Shown: positions 24,846 through 36,826 of the stretch, piece by piece
Layout: every line of letters begins with the position of its first letter
How positions within the stretch are numbered: the stretch's first letter is position 1
Assembly (NCBI GenBank): GCA_964016885.1
Contig: OZ024743.1
Location: 99,262,001-99,326,000, forward strand
Origin: Eledone cirrhosa
Taxonomy: Eukaryota
Length of the DNA stretch: 64,000 nt
Reading direction: 5' to 3'
Translations under genes and position numbers: made by a program
Notes under the pieces: generated by a model
The model's database searches: none
What the model saw: the letters and a program-made list of their open reading frames with translations, nothing else
Told to the model about the DNA's origin: nothing

Positions 24846-27800
24846 TGAAACTGCTGGAGCCCCATTCCAGTAGATTGAGACAGGTGACAGTACTCGTTTG
24901 CAACATCTTTATATTCCAACAAATCACTTTCATTTTTCCTTGTGAGGTTAATCTGTAGTTAATAGAGGACCTGAAGGGAATTGACAGATGTGACAGGAAT
25001 CTGGCAGAACATCTAAAGAACAAGTCTTTAATGATAAATCTAACAATAAAATAATATTAATTAGAAATAAGATAAAAATTAAATGTTGACTTTCAATCAG
25101 ATATTTTGATGTCAAATTTTACCTATAGATAATGAAAAGGTGAAAAAAGAAATTGAATTCTCTGCTGACAACGAACTGAAATTACTATGTGCAGGTAACT
25201 TCAATTTTACAACACTAAATATCTCCCCTAGCATCAAGAAGAGTGGTTGTTTCTGATAGAACTATCTGGAAGATGTCTGAGTTGTAGTGCACCTGAGCAT
25301 TGTACACAACCCTCTCAAGAAGAAGAAGAAGAAGGTGGTGGTGGTGGTGGTGGAGGTGGTGGTGGTGATGGTGATGATGATGCAACAGCAGTAGCACCCC
25401 CAAGAATAATGGTGCTTTCAGCACTGTTGAACACATGAGAAAGTATTTTAGGGTTGTTGTCTTAATAGACTGATTAATAAAATGAACACATTTCATACTT
25501 TCCTTAGGATGAATAACCAGCAACTATAATACTGAAACAGCTATAGCTAGTATTTCATGTTTGATTTAAACACCATTTTTTTCTTCTTCTGTTAACTTCC
25601 TCTATATCTATTATATAGGGGTTTAACTGTTGAGTTCACACATGAATGAAAGTCAATTTGCCAAATATGATTCTCAAACATTTTCTTTGAAATTATCAAA
25701 TTATAGGAAATCCCTTCTGAATAACATTATGTTCATATATTTCTTTTTGAACTGTGTACACATGTTGAAATTATCTCTTCGTGTATTTTCTTTTTTTTTT
25801 TTTACAAAACTCTTATTTGCTTAGTCACACATAACACCTATTGATTTGATTCCTCTTTCATATCTTGCCTTTTTTAAAAATATTTTTTATCATCTCTTTC
25901 TCTATTTTTTTCTTGCAGCCCTATATTTTCCTTGTTGTCTTTCTATATTTTTGACCTAGAACTAAAATATAATAATTTCTCAAGCAGTATTTTACAAGCA
26001 GTTATGCTGCTCTTGGCCCTCTTCAATTGGTATATTGAAACTCATTCTATATGGCTGATAAACACAGGAATCTTAAGTTTCAACTAGCCCCAATGATGCT
26101 TGATGATATAGTTAGAAGCTTGTCCAGGATTTTACAACTATGAAACTGAAGAAATAGGCTATTACTTTCAGCCTTTCTGGGTTTTTTTTTTCCATACTTT
26201 GAAAACTGTTTCTTATGTTATCCTTATTAAGAAGGAACACTAGAAATATTCTATTCAAACTATGGTTTATTTTTGTACATCATCTAATAAACCCTTGGTT
26301 TGGTGACATTTGGAAGGTCACTTTTTCTGGCAGATTTTATTCTTAGGCTGCTTTTATAAAAATTTGTATAAGTTCTGTTGCAGATTTTATTTTTCCTTCA
26401 TCTATTGTGAATTATGGGACCTAACAACATGTCATATTTGAGCAGCTGCTGTGATAGCTTTTGTATTTGTATTTTAGTGGTTTCAACTATCTGAATACGG
26501 CCTTTAATTAATTTCTTAAAACTCAACATGAACAAAAATGTATTAATTTCAATTCATACATTGCAAGGATTATGTGTATCCTGGTTTTTAAAACAAGCAC
26601 ACCACATCCCTGTGTGTTGTTAAAGACTAAAATGCTTGATATCAGGAAAAGCATCCAGCTGTGAATTACTGCTTCAAAAGGTCCTGTTCAACCGAAGCCA
26701 GCATGGAAAGATAGCCATAACAACAATGATAATGGCATTGCAAGGAGAGAGTTAAACTGGGATTATGTTCATTCAAAAAGTTTTACATCTTTCATTATAA
26801 AAGTGTTATCATATAATAGCTCATCATACTGTCTGACCATTTCCTCTGAGTGAAAAGATCTGGTACTTACTGCTTAATGCTTTAATTTGGCTTTTCACTA
26901 CATGCAGTGCTTCAATATAAATAGTGTTACTTCTCAGAAGTAACACAAGTATTACCATCTAACTAAATAATGATGTGAATACCATCCAAACTTCAAATGT
27001 TAGATTTATTATGAAACTCCTCACAGATAACAAACTAAATTTTTCTCTGAAGGGAGTACTTAAAAATATCCCAGCTACTTTCTTTCAAGTAAACTATCAA
27101 TATGTTCTGCTATTTTAGAGCCTTTTGGTGAAAAGGTTAAAGCTATCATCTCTTTATCCATGCCTAATTGGGCTGGACTAAGTTTGGTTTCATGGAAATG
27201 AAGTAATTGGGGTAACAAGGCTCATTCCTGGACAGAATGGCAGTACATAGCAGGGTTAACTAACAGCTGTGACTGGTTCTCATTTTCAGTTGAGTGAATT
27301 GAAACAAGTGAAAGATAAAGGCAGAATGTGTTACCCATTCTAGAAATCAAACGCAAGTCCTAACTGCTAGGCTACAAACCTTTGCTCATTTAGTGAAAAT
27401 AACAAAACAATATTACCATAATAACGGCATTAAAGAATCACAATAATAAAAATTGTTTTAAGAACTAGGATTTTCAAGTCTTACATTCCAAATGAGTTTG
27501 GGTGATAAAATCAACAAATCTCAACTACTCAGCTAAATATAAATCGTATCAGAGAATAAAACACAAATTGACAAACATATAAACATTAAAACTCCCCATA
27601 AATATAGGGATTCCACATTGCAATTATATATTAATGAGAAATACTTCTCCAAAGAATTTCAGTGATATTTTGGTATTGGGATTTAGATCATTAGCAACCA
27701 TTGTTAAGGTGGTAGAATAACAAAGTTGTCAAAACATCAGATAAAATGCTTTTGCTGTATATGGTCCAGCTCTTTGTACTCTGAGTTCAAATCCCACCAG

Positions 27801-27889
27801 AGTCAACTTTGCTTTTTATCCTTTACAGGTTGACAAAGGAGTTGATACTCTCTCTCTATCTCTCTCACTCTCTCTCTATATATATATAT

Positions 27890-28042
27890 AATGAAAAAAT
27901 TCAGGACCCCAACGGCTGAGCTCCTGCCATTTCAACAGCTAGATCCAAACAGATTTTTCATATTACCCACTCTACTACCCCAAGTATCAAGTACTCTGAG
28001 CGTTATGGTCCACCTGGTTCCTTACCACACCTCCTTCGTTTT
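27890..28042 (-). mobile_element. Short PLE-like terminal-repeat fragment
   Basis: Homologous to 7560-7640, 40100-40158 and 43931-44035; contains a decayed hammerhead 3' half. Confidence 0.5.
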
Positions 28043-28055
28043 ATATATATATATA

Positions 28056-28334
28056 TCATCATCATCATCATCATCATCATTTTACGTCCGCTTTTCCCTG
28101 CTTGCAAGGGTGGGACAGGAACTGATTCTGGCTTCATTTCTACAGCTGGATGCCCTTCCTAACACCAACCTCATTTACAGTGAGTGCTGGGTGCTTTTTT
28201 GCCGTAGCATCTCCACAACCACTTTGCAGTGGAATAATATGGACCCCAGTCCCTATCATCTCATTTCTACAGCTGAGTAAACTGGAGCAATGTGAAATAA
28301 AGAGTCTTGCTCAAGGAAACAACACATCACCCGG
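28056..28334 (-). mobile_element. CORE-type SINE, head missing
   Basis: tccttgagcaagactctttatttcacattgctccagtttactcagctgtagaaatg plus aggaagggcatccagctgtagaaa and a (GAT)n tail. Confidence 0.88.
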
Positions 28335-28513
28335 TCGAGTTCTCTCCAGCGGTCTCTGTCCCTCATTATCGCTGCCATGTCCTGCATCTCCAACAGACCA
28401 GTGTCTGTCCTTAGGGTATCAACATACGTTAACCTTGGTCTTCCTCTTCTAGTGTGTCCATGTAGGGGCTCCCAAAGGAGTACTGAGTGCAATGTCAACT
28501 CTGGATGTCGGTG
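28335..28513 (-). mobile_element. ORF terminus of another RTE/RTE-X-like LINE family
   Basis: HPELTLHSVLLWEPLHGHTRRGRPRLTYVDTLRTDTGL..MAAIMRDRDRWRE. Confidence 0.8.
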
Positions 28514-28518
28514 AAAAG

Positions 28519-28564
<46 letters not shown>

Positions 28565-28603
28565 GATGAATAGTACTATTCATTTATTACCCCTAATCTA
28601 ACC

Positions 28604-28640
<37 letters not shown>

Positions 28641-29239
28641 TACATATACATATATATATATATACACATATATATCTTTGGAAGAAATTAGCTGTGTCCG
28701 AAATTGGAGAGGGTTGGGCTCCACCAGGTTTTAATGCCCAAGATATGCCATATATCATGATGATACCTCAATAACTTCTTCAGGATTTAAGGGCCCATAA
28801 CCCATGTTATCTGAGTTCACTGAATAATATCAATAGGCATTTGTGTGTATTGAAGTAAGTCAAACACAAAGGAAGGTTTCTACTTAGCCCATCCATAACT
28901 GTAGTTCTAATGAAAGACACAGCTCATGATTTTCAAATAATTTTGAAAATGTTCAAGGATTTTGGAGGGATTTAGTTTTATAACTAGCTTTCTCATTAAA
29001 TAAGCTGATGTTTGGAACATTATTTAACAAAGATTCTTATATAAAATGATCATGGAAGGTTTTTAGATATATATAAACATTTTAAAACAAACAGCTTTGA
29101 ATCACAGAACTAGGGGCCATTTAATGAAGTTTGATATCAAAAGGGGTAAAAAGAAAAGTGAAATATTCTAACAAAAATGAGAGAGAGAGAGGAGAAAAAG
29201 CTGTTTGTTGAGGGTGAGGGGAAAACAAAGCAATTTTAA

Positions 29240-29460
29240 CCCTTTAGCATTTACATTACTCTATATATACCATTGTATTTTCAGAGAAAACACTTTACTT
29301 CACATAAATATTTCACATTATATCGAGTCTATGAGATTTTGATATTATTTATTTTGAGAACAATACCTTAAAGTTGGTATGAGGGGCTGGTTATGGCCAG
29401 CTTGAACAGAAAGCTGTAAGAGAATTCTGGCCGGATATGGTTAGTTTAAATGCTAAAGGG
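29240..29460. mobile_element. piggyBac-like MITE, family A (opposite orientation)
   Basis: TTAA|CCCTTTAGCATTTA ... TAAATGCTAAAGGG|TTAA. Confidence 0.88.
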
Positions 29461-29781
29461 TTAAAGAGACAGATTGTTATCTTACCACTACACAATGTCA
29501 TAAAGTATGTTTAAGAATAGTTCAGCAGTTGGTTTTAGTAAATCAACTATTTTTGTGGTGTTTGATAGTATATTGTCTCCATCTGCTTCTCAGTTCCAAT
29601 ACTGAGTCATTTTCTAAACAACCAATGACAAACGCCAAAAAAACTACAAAAACCAAAATCAAAACCCACAAGATATATATTACAGATATGTCTTTTAGAA
29701 ACTGTCAGAAAACAACTAATTTTAATGTATGAATAAATCAATTAGGTGTATCTTACTCCATTATTTGTGCAATAGAGAATT

Positions 29782-29822
29782 TACTACTACTGCTGCTACT
29801 ACTACTAATACTGCTGCTGCTG

Positions 29823-29872
<50 letters not shown>

Positions 29873-30182
29873 ACTACTACTACTACTACTACTACTGCTA
29901 CTGCTGCTGCTGCTACTACTACTACTAATGCTGCTGCTGCTACTACTACTACTGCTGCTGCTGCTGCTACTGCTACAACCACCACCACTACTCTTACTAA
30001 TGCCACTGATGGTGGAAGTGGTGATAGTGTTGTTGATGATGATGATAACTTACTACTAATACTACTACTACTACTCTCACTACTATTACTACAACTACTG
30101 TTGCTACTGCTTCTGCTGCTATTGCAGCTGGTGTGGGTGATTTGTGGTTGGGGTGGTGATGGTTGTGATAATGATAATAATG
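29782..30182. repeat. (CTA/CTG)n and related trinucleotide microsatellites
   Basis: Direct inspection; explains the poly-T/A/V ORFs. Confidence 0.9.
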
Positions 30183-30922
30183 AGAGCCATGTGATAAAAT
30201 TGATATCTCCACTGAGAATCTCTGTTGAATCTCTCAATTTATTTTCAGAACGTAGGCAGAAACTAAAATGTCTGCCGTAATGCCTGGCCTCATCTGAGAA
30301 TGAGTCAACGAGTGTCACAGAACATTATGCTAAAACTAATTTTATATTTTACAGCCATAAGTAACAGAATGCAATCAATAATTGAAAGTAAATTCAAGCT
30401 AATTGCAAATTACTCATATATCGTAAAGGCAGCAAATTGGCAGAGTCGTTAGGGCTTTGGATTGAAAATGCTTTGGTAATTGTTTTGGCTCACTGCAACC
30501 AGAGTTCAAATCTTGCCAATGCCAACTTTGCTTTTCATCCTTTCAAGGTTGTTAAATAAAGTGCTAACCCAGTACTGGAAGAAATCAACTGAGTTCCAAC
30601 AAGAAGAAGGATGAGTTCCCTGGCATGGGAGGGATAAGTTATCACAACTGAAATCAGTTCTCATTTAGAGTTACTGCTCTCCTAAACTAGTTGAAGAACC
30701 ATGTCTCATTCCTGTCTTGCGCCGTGACTCAGAGATTTTATAAGGGACGGAAATATATTAACACTTTTTGGCCAAGTAGGAACGCGGTGTCATTGAATCT
30801 CAATTTTTAAACCTAATACGCCGAACTAACAATGGGAAATACTAACTTTATTTTTTTTTAAATTAATCAGTATATATATATGTGTGTATCTGACTGATAA
30901 AATGACAAGTCAATCAATCATA

Positions 30923-31068
30923 TCAGTGGCCTCCCCACAGCCCCGGCGGACAGGAGAAGGCGTTTCCCCGGAGTACGGCAAGGGAGACGCGCTGGAAAAG
31001 CCATTCCAGTTCGCGAGGCTCACACCTGCGGCTTGCCAGCTCAGCCCCTATGGTGGTGAGTAGGGTAA
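30923..31068 (-). mobile_element. C-terminal fragment of a CRE-like (restriction-like endonuclease) non-LTR retrotransposon
   Basis: GC-rich island reading TLLTTIGAELASRRCEPRELEWLFQRVSLAVLRGNAFS..*, matching the (E/D)PRExxFLFQRLSVAIQRGNA-type terminus of CRE-clade proteins. Confidence 0.7.
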
Positions 31069-32070
31069 TTTTTGGCATGATTTCCATGACTAGGTGCCTT
31101 TCCCAACACCAACAATTTAACAGAGTACACTAGGTATATTTTATCATGGCTCAAACACTAAATAGTTTATCACATGCTTGGTCAGACAAGAGAGTCCTTT
31201 TGACACTTCATTGTCAATGTTTGTGTTGCCAACTACAGAGTGTAGTAGATTTATTTTATTGTGGCACTAACACTAGTGAATTGAGTTGTACCTTAAAAGA
31301 CTAAAAAGTTCTCACTACTCTAGGTAATATGATCAAGAAGTTGAATAGAAGAGGGAATGAGAGAGAGAGAGAGAGCCAAAGAGAGAGAGGGGGGAGATAG
31401 AGAGAGAGTGATAAAAGGAGTAGAACTATGGTGAGTAGATGAAGAGACTGAGAGTATGATGGGGGAAACAAAGTGTTTGCAGTGAAAAGGTAGTACAGGA
31501 GAGAGTAATGAAGGAGAAGCAGTTCTGGTGGGGGGTAATGGAATAGAGACAATGGTAGCAGTTACATGTTTGCTTATGAGATTGTGATGGATAGTAATAG
31601 TGATGGGTGAGAGTAAGAGTGAGTGTTGGATATCAATAAGAAGTGTGTTAGCAGAAAAGAAAGTAAGATATATATATAGAGAGAGAGGGGGGAAAGGGGA
31701 GATAGGGAGAGAGAGAGAGAGGGGGGAGATAGAGAGAGATAGTGATGCTGGCAACATAGAGATGATGTTAGGATGTATCAGATACAAATACAATCCCTAT
31801 AAAAGTAAATTATTAAAACAACTGGAAAATAATCCTGCCACTTTTAAGGCAGAAAGGTATTTATAGAGATTATATGAAAATGTGGAAACTTCCATCCAAT
31901 GGTACAACAACAACAATAATAAGGATATAAGTGAGAAGAAAAAGTAAGAAATAAAAAAAAAATCTGTAAAAGTCTGTATTCAATAGTTGTAGGGATCGTT
32001 TCTGGGAGATTGATCTTATTGATGAGTAGTATAGCAATGGAGAAATTGAGGGAAATTGTTCATTGACTGC

Positions 32071-32119
<49 letters not shown>

Positions 32120-32149
32120 AGATCAAAAAATGGTTAAAAGAGTTCCATG

Positions 32150-32220
32150 TATTTTATTATGCGCATTTCAAAAACAAATATCATCATGTGATAACATTTG
32201 CGTTTTCGTCAGATAAAATA
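32150..32220 (-). ncRNA. Type I hammerhead ribozyme (family A, copy 3)
   Basis: TATTTTAT-CTGACGA-[AAACGCAAATGTTATCA CA TGATGATATTTGTTTTT]-GAA-ATGCGCAT-A-ATAAAATA: intact core, long stem II, perfectly palindromic stem III. Confidence 0.8.
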
Positions 32221-32292
32221 GGGAGACATGATATGAAGGTTAAAAAACACTTGTGAATAGTTCAGTTTTAAATCAACATATATATATATATA

Positions 32293-32578
32293 TCATCATT
32301 CATCATCATCATTTCATTTTACGTCCGCTTTTTCCCTACTTGCAAGGGTAGGACAGGAACTGATTCTGGCTTGATTTCTACAGCTGGATGCCCTTCCTAA
32401 CACCAACCTCGTTTTACAGTGAGTGCTGGGTGCTTTTTTGCCGTGGCACCTCCACGACCACTTTGCAGTGGAATGATAGGGACCCCAGTCCCTATCATCT
32501 CATTTCTACAGCTGAGGAAACTGGAGCAATGTGAAATAAAGTGTCTTGCTCAAGGAAACAACACATCACCCGGTCTGA

Positions 32579-32580
<2 letters not shown>
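32293..32580 (-). mobile_element. CORE-type SINE, 5'-truncated
   Basis: Reverse complement of the body at 48864-49219; in (TA)n. Confidence 0.9.
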
Positions 32581-32622
<42 letters not shown>

Positions 32623-32626
<4 letters not shown>

Positions 32627-33001
32627 TCATCATTTTACGTCCGCTTTTCCCTGCTTGCAAGGGTGGGTCGGGAACTGATTCTGGCTTGATTTCGACAGCT
32701 GGATGCACTTCCTAACACCAACCTCATTTACAGTGAGTGCTGGGTGCTTTTTTTCCGTGGTGCTACACGTCCACTTTACAGTGTGGGCCTGGGTGCTTTT
32801 TTGCCGTGGCCCCTCCACAACCACTTTGCAGTGGAATGATAGGGACCCCAGTCCTATCATCTCATTTCTACAGCTGAGTAAACTGGAGCAATGTAAAATA
32901 AAGTGTCTTCATCAAGGAAACAACACATCACCCAGTCTGGGAATTGGACTCACAATCTTTTGATTGCAAGCCCAATGATCTAACCACTAAGCCATGTGCC
33001 T

Positions 33002-33004
<3 letters not shown>
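32623..33004 (-). mobile_element. Full-length CORE-type tRNA SINE with two internal units of about 45 bp
   Basis: Head ggaggcacatggcttagtggttaga..gagtccaattccc, CORE-like body, (GAT)n tail. Confidence 0.9.
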
Positions 33005-33038
<34 letters not shown>

Positions 33039-33586
33039 CACATATTTCACCAAGTCGAACAGAAAATCGATAAGTAAGCTTGTATTCTTCAAGCAATGTT
33101 AGCTCAAAAGAAGGAGATAGTGTGAACTGTAGAGGATTTGTTTGGACTTGACTTAAGAAATGATATCAAGATATATGCCAGAGAAGATTTCGTTGACATA
33201 GAAATACACAAGGAAAAGATGAAAGGGAGTAGAAGAACAAATATTGAAAGCTAGGTATTAGTCTTGGCCATGGATGGGAAAATCTGTGAATATGGAAAAA
33301 CGTTTGTTTGGCTCTTTATTATAGGAATTATGAGGATAAAAAGCAGCAAATAATAATAGCAACTTAGCTAAGGTTTTGCTACTATATATGTATACATATA
33401 TCATCATCATCATTTAATGTCCATTTTCCATGCTAGCATGGGTATACACATATATGTGTGTTTGTGTATGTATGATGTGTATATGTATGTATATATATAT
33501 CTGTGTATGTGTGTATGTGTATGTATATATATATATATATAACCCATGCTAGCGTGGAAAATGGACGTTAAACGAAGATGATGATA

Positions 33587-33870
33587 TGTTGTATGGTTGC
33601 TCGGATGCGTCCATAGGCGGTATGCTGGTGGAGCACTCTATGATAATATGGAAAATGAAGAATCACAATATATTATGTAATACAATTATTTCTCTGGTGA
33701 ACAGCTCGAGGTACGATCTGTTTGTGGATCGAACCTGACTCTGGATTCGCAAGTTCCTCAGATATGTCTAGTGATTTCGAAGCAAATTCTCTTTCTGCTG
33801 GGCTCCGACCCTTCGAATCTTTATCATCTGCCTTCATCCTGTTCGCACGGCACTTTGGTTGGTTGATGGT
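33587..33870 (-). mobile_element. Probable LTR-like fragment
   Basis: CpG-rich block ending ...ACAACA on the minus strand; homologous piece at 49720-49870 with AATAAA. Confidence 0.4.
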
Positions 33871-33950
33871 TGCTATATCAAGCGTTAACCTAATATATAC
33901 CTTCCATATACTGTACCGATTGTGTTGTTATTTCTGTTTACCTTTTACAT
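33871..33950 (+). mobile_element. Penelope pseudo-LTR 3' end
   Basis: tgctatatcaagcgttaacctaatatat..ccttccatatactgtaccgattgtgttg is the reverse complement of 50394-50471. Confidence 0.75.
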
Positions 33951-33952
33951 AC

Positions 33953-33999
<47 letters not shown>

Positions 34000-34158
34000 T
34001 ATTATATATTATATATTATATATATATATATATATATATCCAGGGGGTTTAACTTGGAGTTACTGCAGGTTCACCTGGGAGAGCACTCGATGTTTAGGTT
34101 CACTTCTGTGTTGAGGTGTAGAGCTATACAGAGTGTAATATATTGAAAGGATAACAAG

Positions 34159-34244
34159 GACGATTGATTACTCCTTCATTGCATTTATTGGTAGGTGACG
34201 CGCGTCAACTACCAATAAATGCAATGAAGGAGTAATCAATCGTC
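34159..34244. repeat. 86-bp spacer-less palindrome (one mismatch)
   Basis: gacgattgattactccttcattgcatttattggtag(g)tgacgc|gcgtca(a)ctaccaataaatgcaatgaaggagtaatcaatcgtc. Confidence 0.95.
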
Positions 34245-34265
34245 GTTTCAATATATATATATATA

Positions 34266-34519
34266 TCATCATTTCATTTTACGTCCGCTTTTTCCCTGCT
34301 TGCAAGGGTGGGACGGGAACTGATTTGGCTTGATTTCTACAGCTGGATGCCCTTCCTAACACCAACCTGATTTACAATGAGTGGTGTGTGCTTTTTTACC
34401 GTGGCACCTCCACAACCACTTTGCAGTGGAATGATATAGACCCCAGTCCCTATCATCTCATTTCTACAGCTGAGTAAACTGGAGCAATGTGAAATAAAGT
34501 GTCTTGCTCAAGGAAACAA
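34266..34519 (-). mobile_element. CORE-type SINE, 5'-truncated
   Basis: Same family as 32293-32580. Confidence 0.88.
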
Positions 34520-34656
34520 TATATATATATATATATATATATCGTTTCTGAATTTGTTTAGCAAGATTCTTTATCTGAAAACGTGTGTTGAAACGTGTGT
34601 TGAAACCGGTGTATTTTTGTTAGAGGTGCCTACTGACTGTAGGTTTCGCTTTGTAC

Positions 34657-34907
34657 TTAGGCAAGGCGGGTCTTCTGTATTACTGTGTAGCGCCAAAGAT
34701 CTCGGTCCAGTGACATTGTCTTGGAGAGGTGTAAGTGTGTGAGGTCGGAATTTATAAAGTCGTCCCAGGTTTTTCTGGGTCTGCCTACTCCGTGGCTACC
34801 ATCTATTTTTATCGCCCTGCACTTTTTTATACAGCTGTCATCTTTCATGTGCATCACGTGACCATACCAATGTAGTCTTCTCTCAAGTAAACAACATCTG
34901 ATTCCTG
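34657..34907 (-). mobile_element. RTE subfamily 2 ORF-end fragment
   Basis: GIRCCLLERRLHWYGHVMHMKDDSCIKKCRAIKIDGSHGVGRPRKTW; near-identical to 8100-8348. Confidence 0.9.
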
Positions 34908-34919
34908 ATATATATATAT

Positions 34920-35197
34920 TAGAAAGTGAGGTTTTTTTTACAAAATGAAAAATAACCGAGGTGTCCTACACGTGTGAAAGTATAAAGAAAAAAAGATGAA
35001 ATCGAAAATGCAACTGGAGTCTTATTTTTTAAAAAATATATATATTTATTTGGTTCCTTTACCGGTTTCGCAGTTCTTCTGCTTTTCAAAAGTAGAGTTG
35101 AGATGGAGGGTCTGTGGTTTTTCTCACATCAGATGTGAGAAAAATCACAGACTCTCCATCTCAACTCTACTTTTGAAAAGCAGAAGAACTGCGAAAC
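34920..35197 (-). mobile_element. PLE-like pseudo-LTR fragment ending in a 133-bp fold-back palindrome (35065-35197)
   Basis: 66-bp arms around a single A at 35131 with two mismatches; GAA-ACCGGT-A hammerhead 3' half; related piece at 8917-9020. Confidence 0.7.
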
Positions 35198-35432
35198 TGC
35201 CTGCGTCAGTTGTTAATTGCCGAGACACTGCATCCTTTAAGACCCTCATGCTTCCCGAAATTCACCAAAACTACACCTGATGTCCCTCTTCTATACACAT
35301 GCACACATGTGTATATCATGACTCATGCAGTGTTCATTTTCCTGACGTTTGTACATTACCCTATGTACTATACATACACTTTTTGATGAGTTATAGTGCA
35401 CCTGAGCACTGTACACAATATTTTCATTATAT
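35194..35432 (+). mobile_element. CR1 3' tail
   Basis: aaactgcctgcgtcagttg...gagttatagtgcacctgagcactgtacacaa; same family as 24590-24845. Confidence 0.85.
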
Positions 35433-35452
35433 TATATATATATATTATATAA

Positions 35453-35642
35453 TGGGCGGTGAATTGGCAGTATCGGTAGAGGGTTGGATGCCATGCTTCC
35501 TAACATAGTTACATCCCTTTACAGTCTGAGTTCAAATCCCGCCGAGGTTAACTTTGCCTTTCATCCTTACGGGGTCGATAAAATAAAGTACCAGTAATGC
35601 ACTGGGTAACTGCTGGCCTTGTGCCTAAAGTAGAAACAATTA
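35453..35642 (+). mobile_element. Meta/MESC-like tRNA SINE
   Basis: A/B boxes plus gcctttcatccttacggggtcgataaaataaagtaccag. Confidence 0.85.
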
Positions 35643-36639
35643 TATATATATATAATTTATATATATATATGGCAGCGTAGAAAATGGACGTTAAACGATG
35701 ATGATGATGATGAAATACTTGTGTTTATTTAAAAACCTTCTATCATAATTCTATGTAAGAACCTTTGTTAGGTTATATTCCATAAACCAACTTAATAATG
35801 AGAAAGCTAGGTATATTACTAAATTCATCACAATTCTTGATAATCTGTAAATTATTTGAAATACATAGGTTGTGTCTTTTATGAGAAATATGTTAAGAAT
35901 AGGCTTAAGAACCTGAAGAACAATAAAATCCACAAGTGAGCTAAGATGGCAGCTAGGCATTGAACTACTTTCTAGTGTATATGTGTGCAGGAGAGATGAT
36001 TGCAATGATAGAAACATTTAATGATTGAAATGAATGGATAATGGTTGTTCTATCAGAATTTATGTAAGAACATTTAAGTTATTTTCCAATTACCAGCGTA
36101 ATAATTCTTTCTAACATAGATACAAAGGCATCAATATGGAGGAAGGGAAAGTTGATTATATCAACCCCAGTACATAACTGGGGTTCTTTATTATCTTAAT
36201 CTCAAAAGGATGAAAGGCTTAGTTGACCATGGTGGGATTTAAACACAGAGTGTAGAAAATCTTCCCTAAATACTGCAAAGCATTTTGTCTGAGTACATAC
36301 TGCCAATCCACTACCATATACCAGCTTAATAATGAGAAAATTAGTTATGTTACTAAATCATCATCATCATCATCATCGTTTAACATCTATCTTCCACGCT
36401 AACATGGGTTAGAATGTTTGGTTATTTTCAAAATAATTTGAAAATTATAGGCAATGTCTTTTATTATAGATATGGTAACAACAGAATTCAGATATTTTAA
36501 AGCAGAGAAAGGCGGTTTGAAATCTAGTTTTAATATCAATAGAACTAATTATATAGCATTCCAATGCTAATTATATGTATAGTTATTACCCAGTCTTATT
36601 AAAATACAAATGCTTAATTATCTACAATTATAATACTGT

Positions 36640-36826
36640 AGGGCGGTGGATTGGCAGTATCGGTAGAGAGTCGGACGCCATGCTTTCCAGCATAGTTACG
36701 TCCCTTTACGAGTTCAAATCCCGCCGAGGTTGACTTTGCCTTTCATCCTTACAGGGTCGATAAAATAAAGTACCAGTAATGCACTGGTTAATTGCTGGCC
36801 TTGTGCCTAAAGTAGAAACAATTATT
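36640..36826 (+). mobile_element. Meta/MESC-like tRNA SINE
   Basis: Same family as 15088-15277; older copies at about 10350-10518, 23470-23620, 27705-27845, 30428-30578, 41175-41600, 46770-46900 and 56215-56425. Confidence 0.85.

Noticed and set aside
24850-24960. Minus-strand exon INLTRKNESDLLEYKDVANE
   Set aside because: Weak splice sites, short, no recognisable homology.
29729-30318. Mucin-like or membrane protein ORFs
   Set aside because: Trinucleotide repeats open on both strands; no splice or domain support.
31740-31866. Plus-strand exon MMLGCIRYKYNPYKSKLLKQLENNPATFKAER
   Set aside because: No acceptor tract; preceded by a (GA)n repeat.
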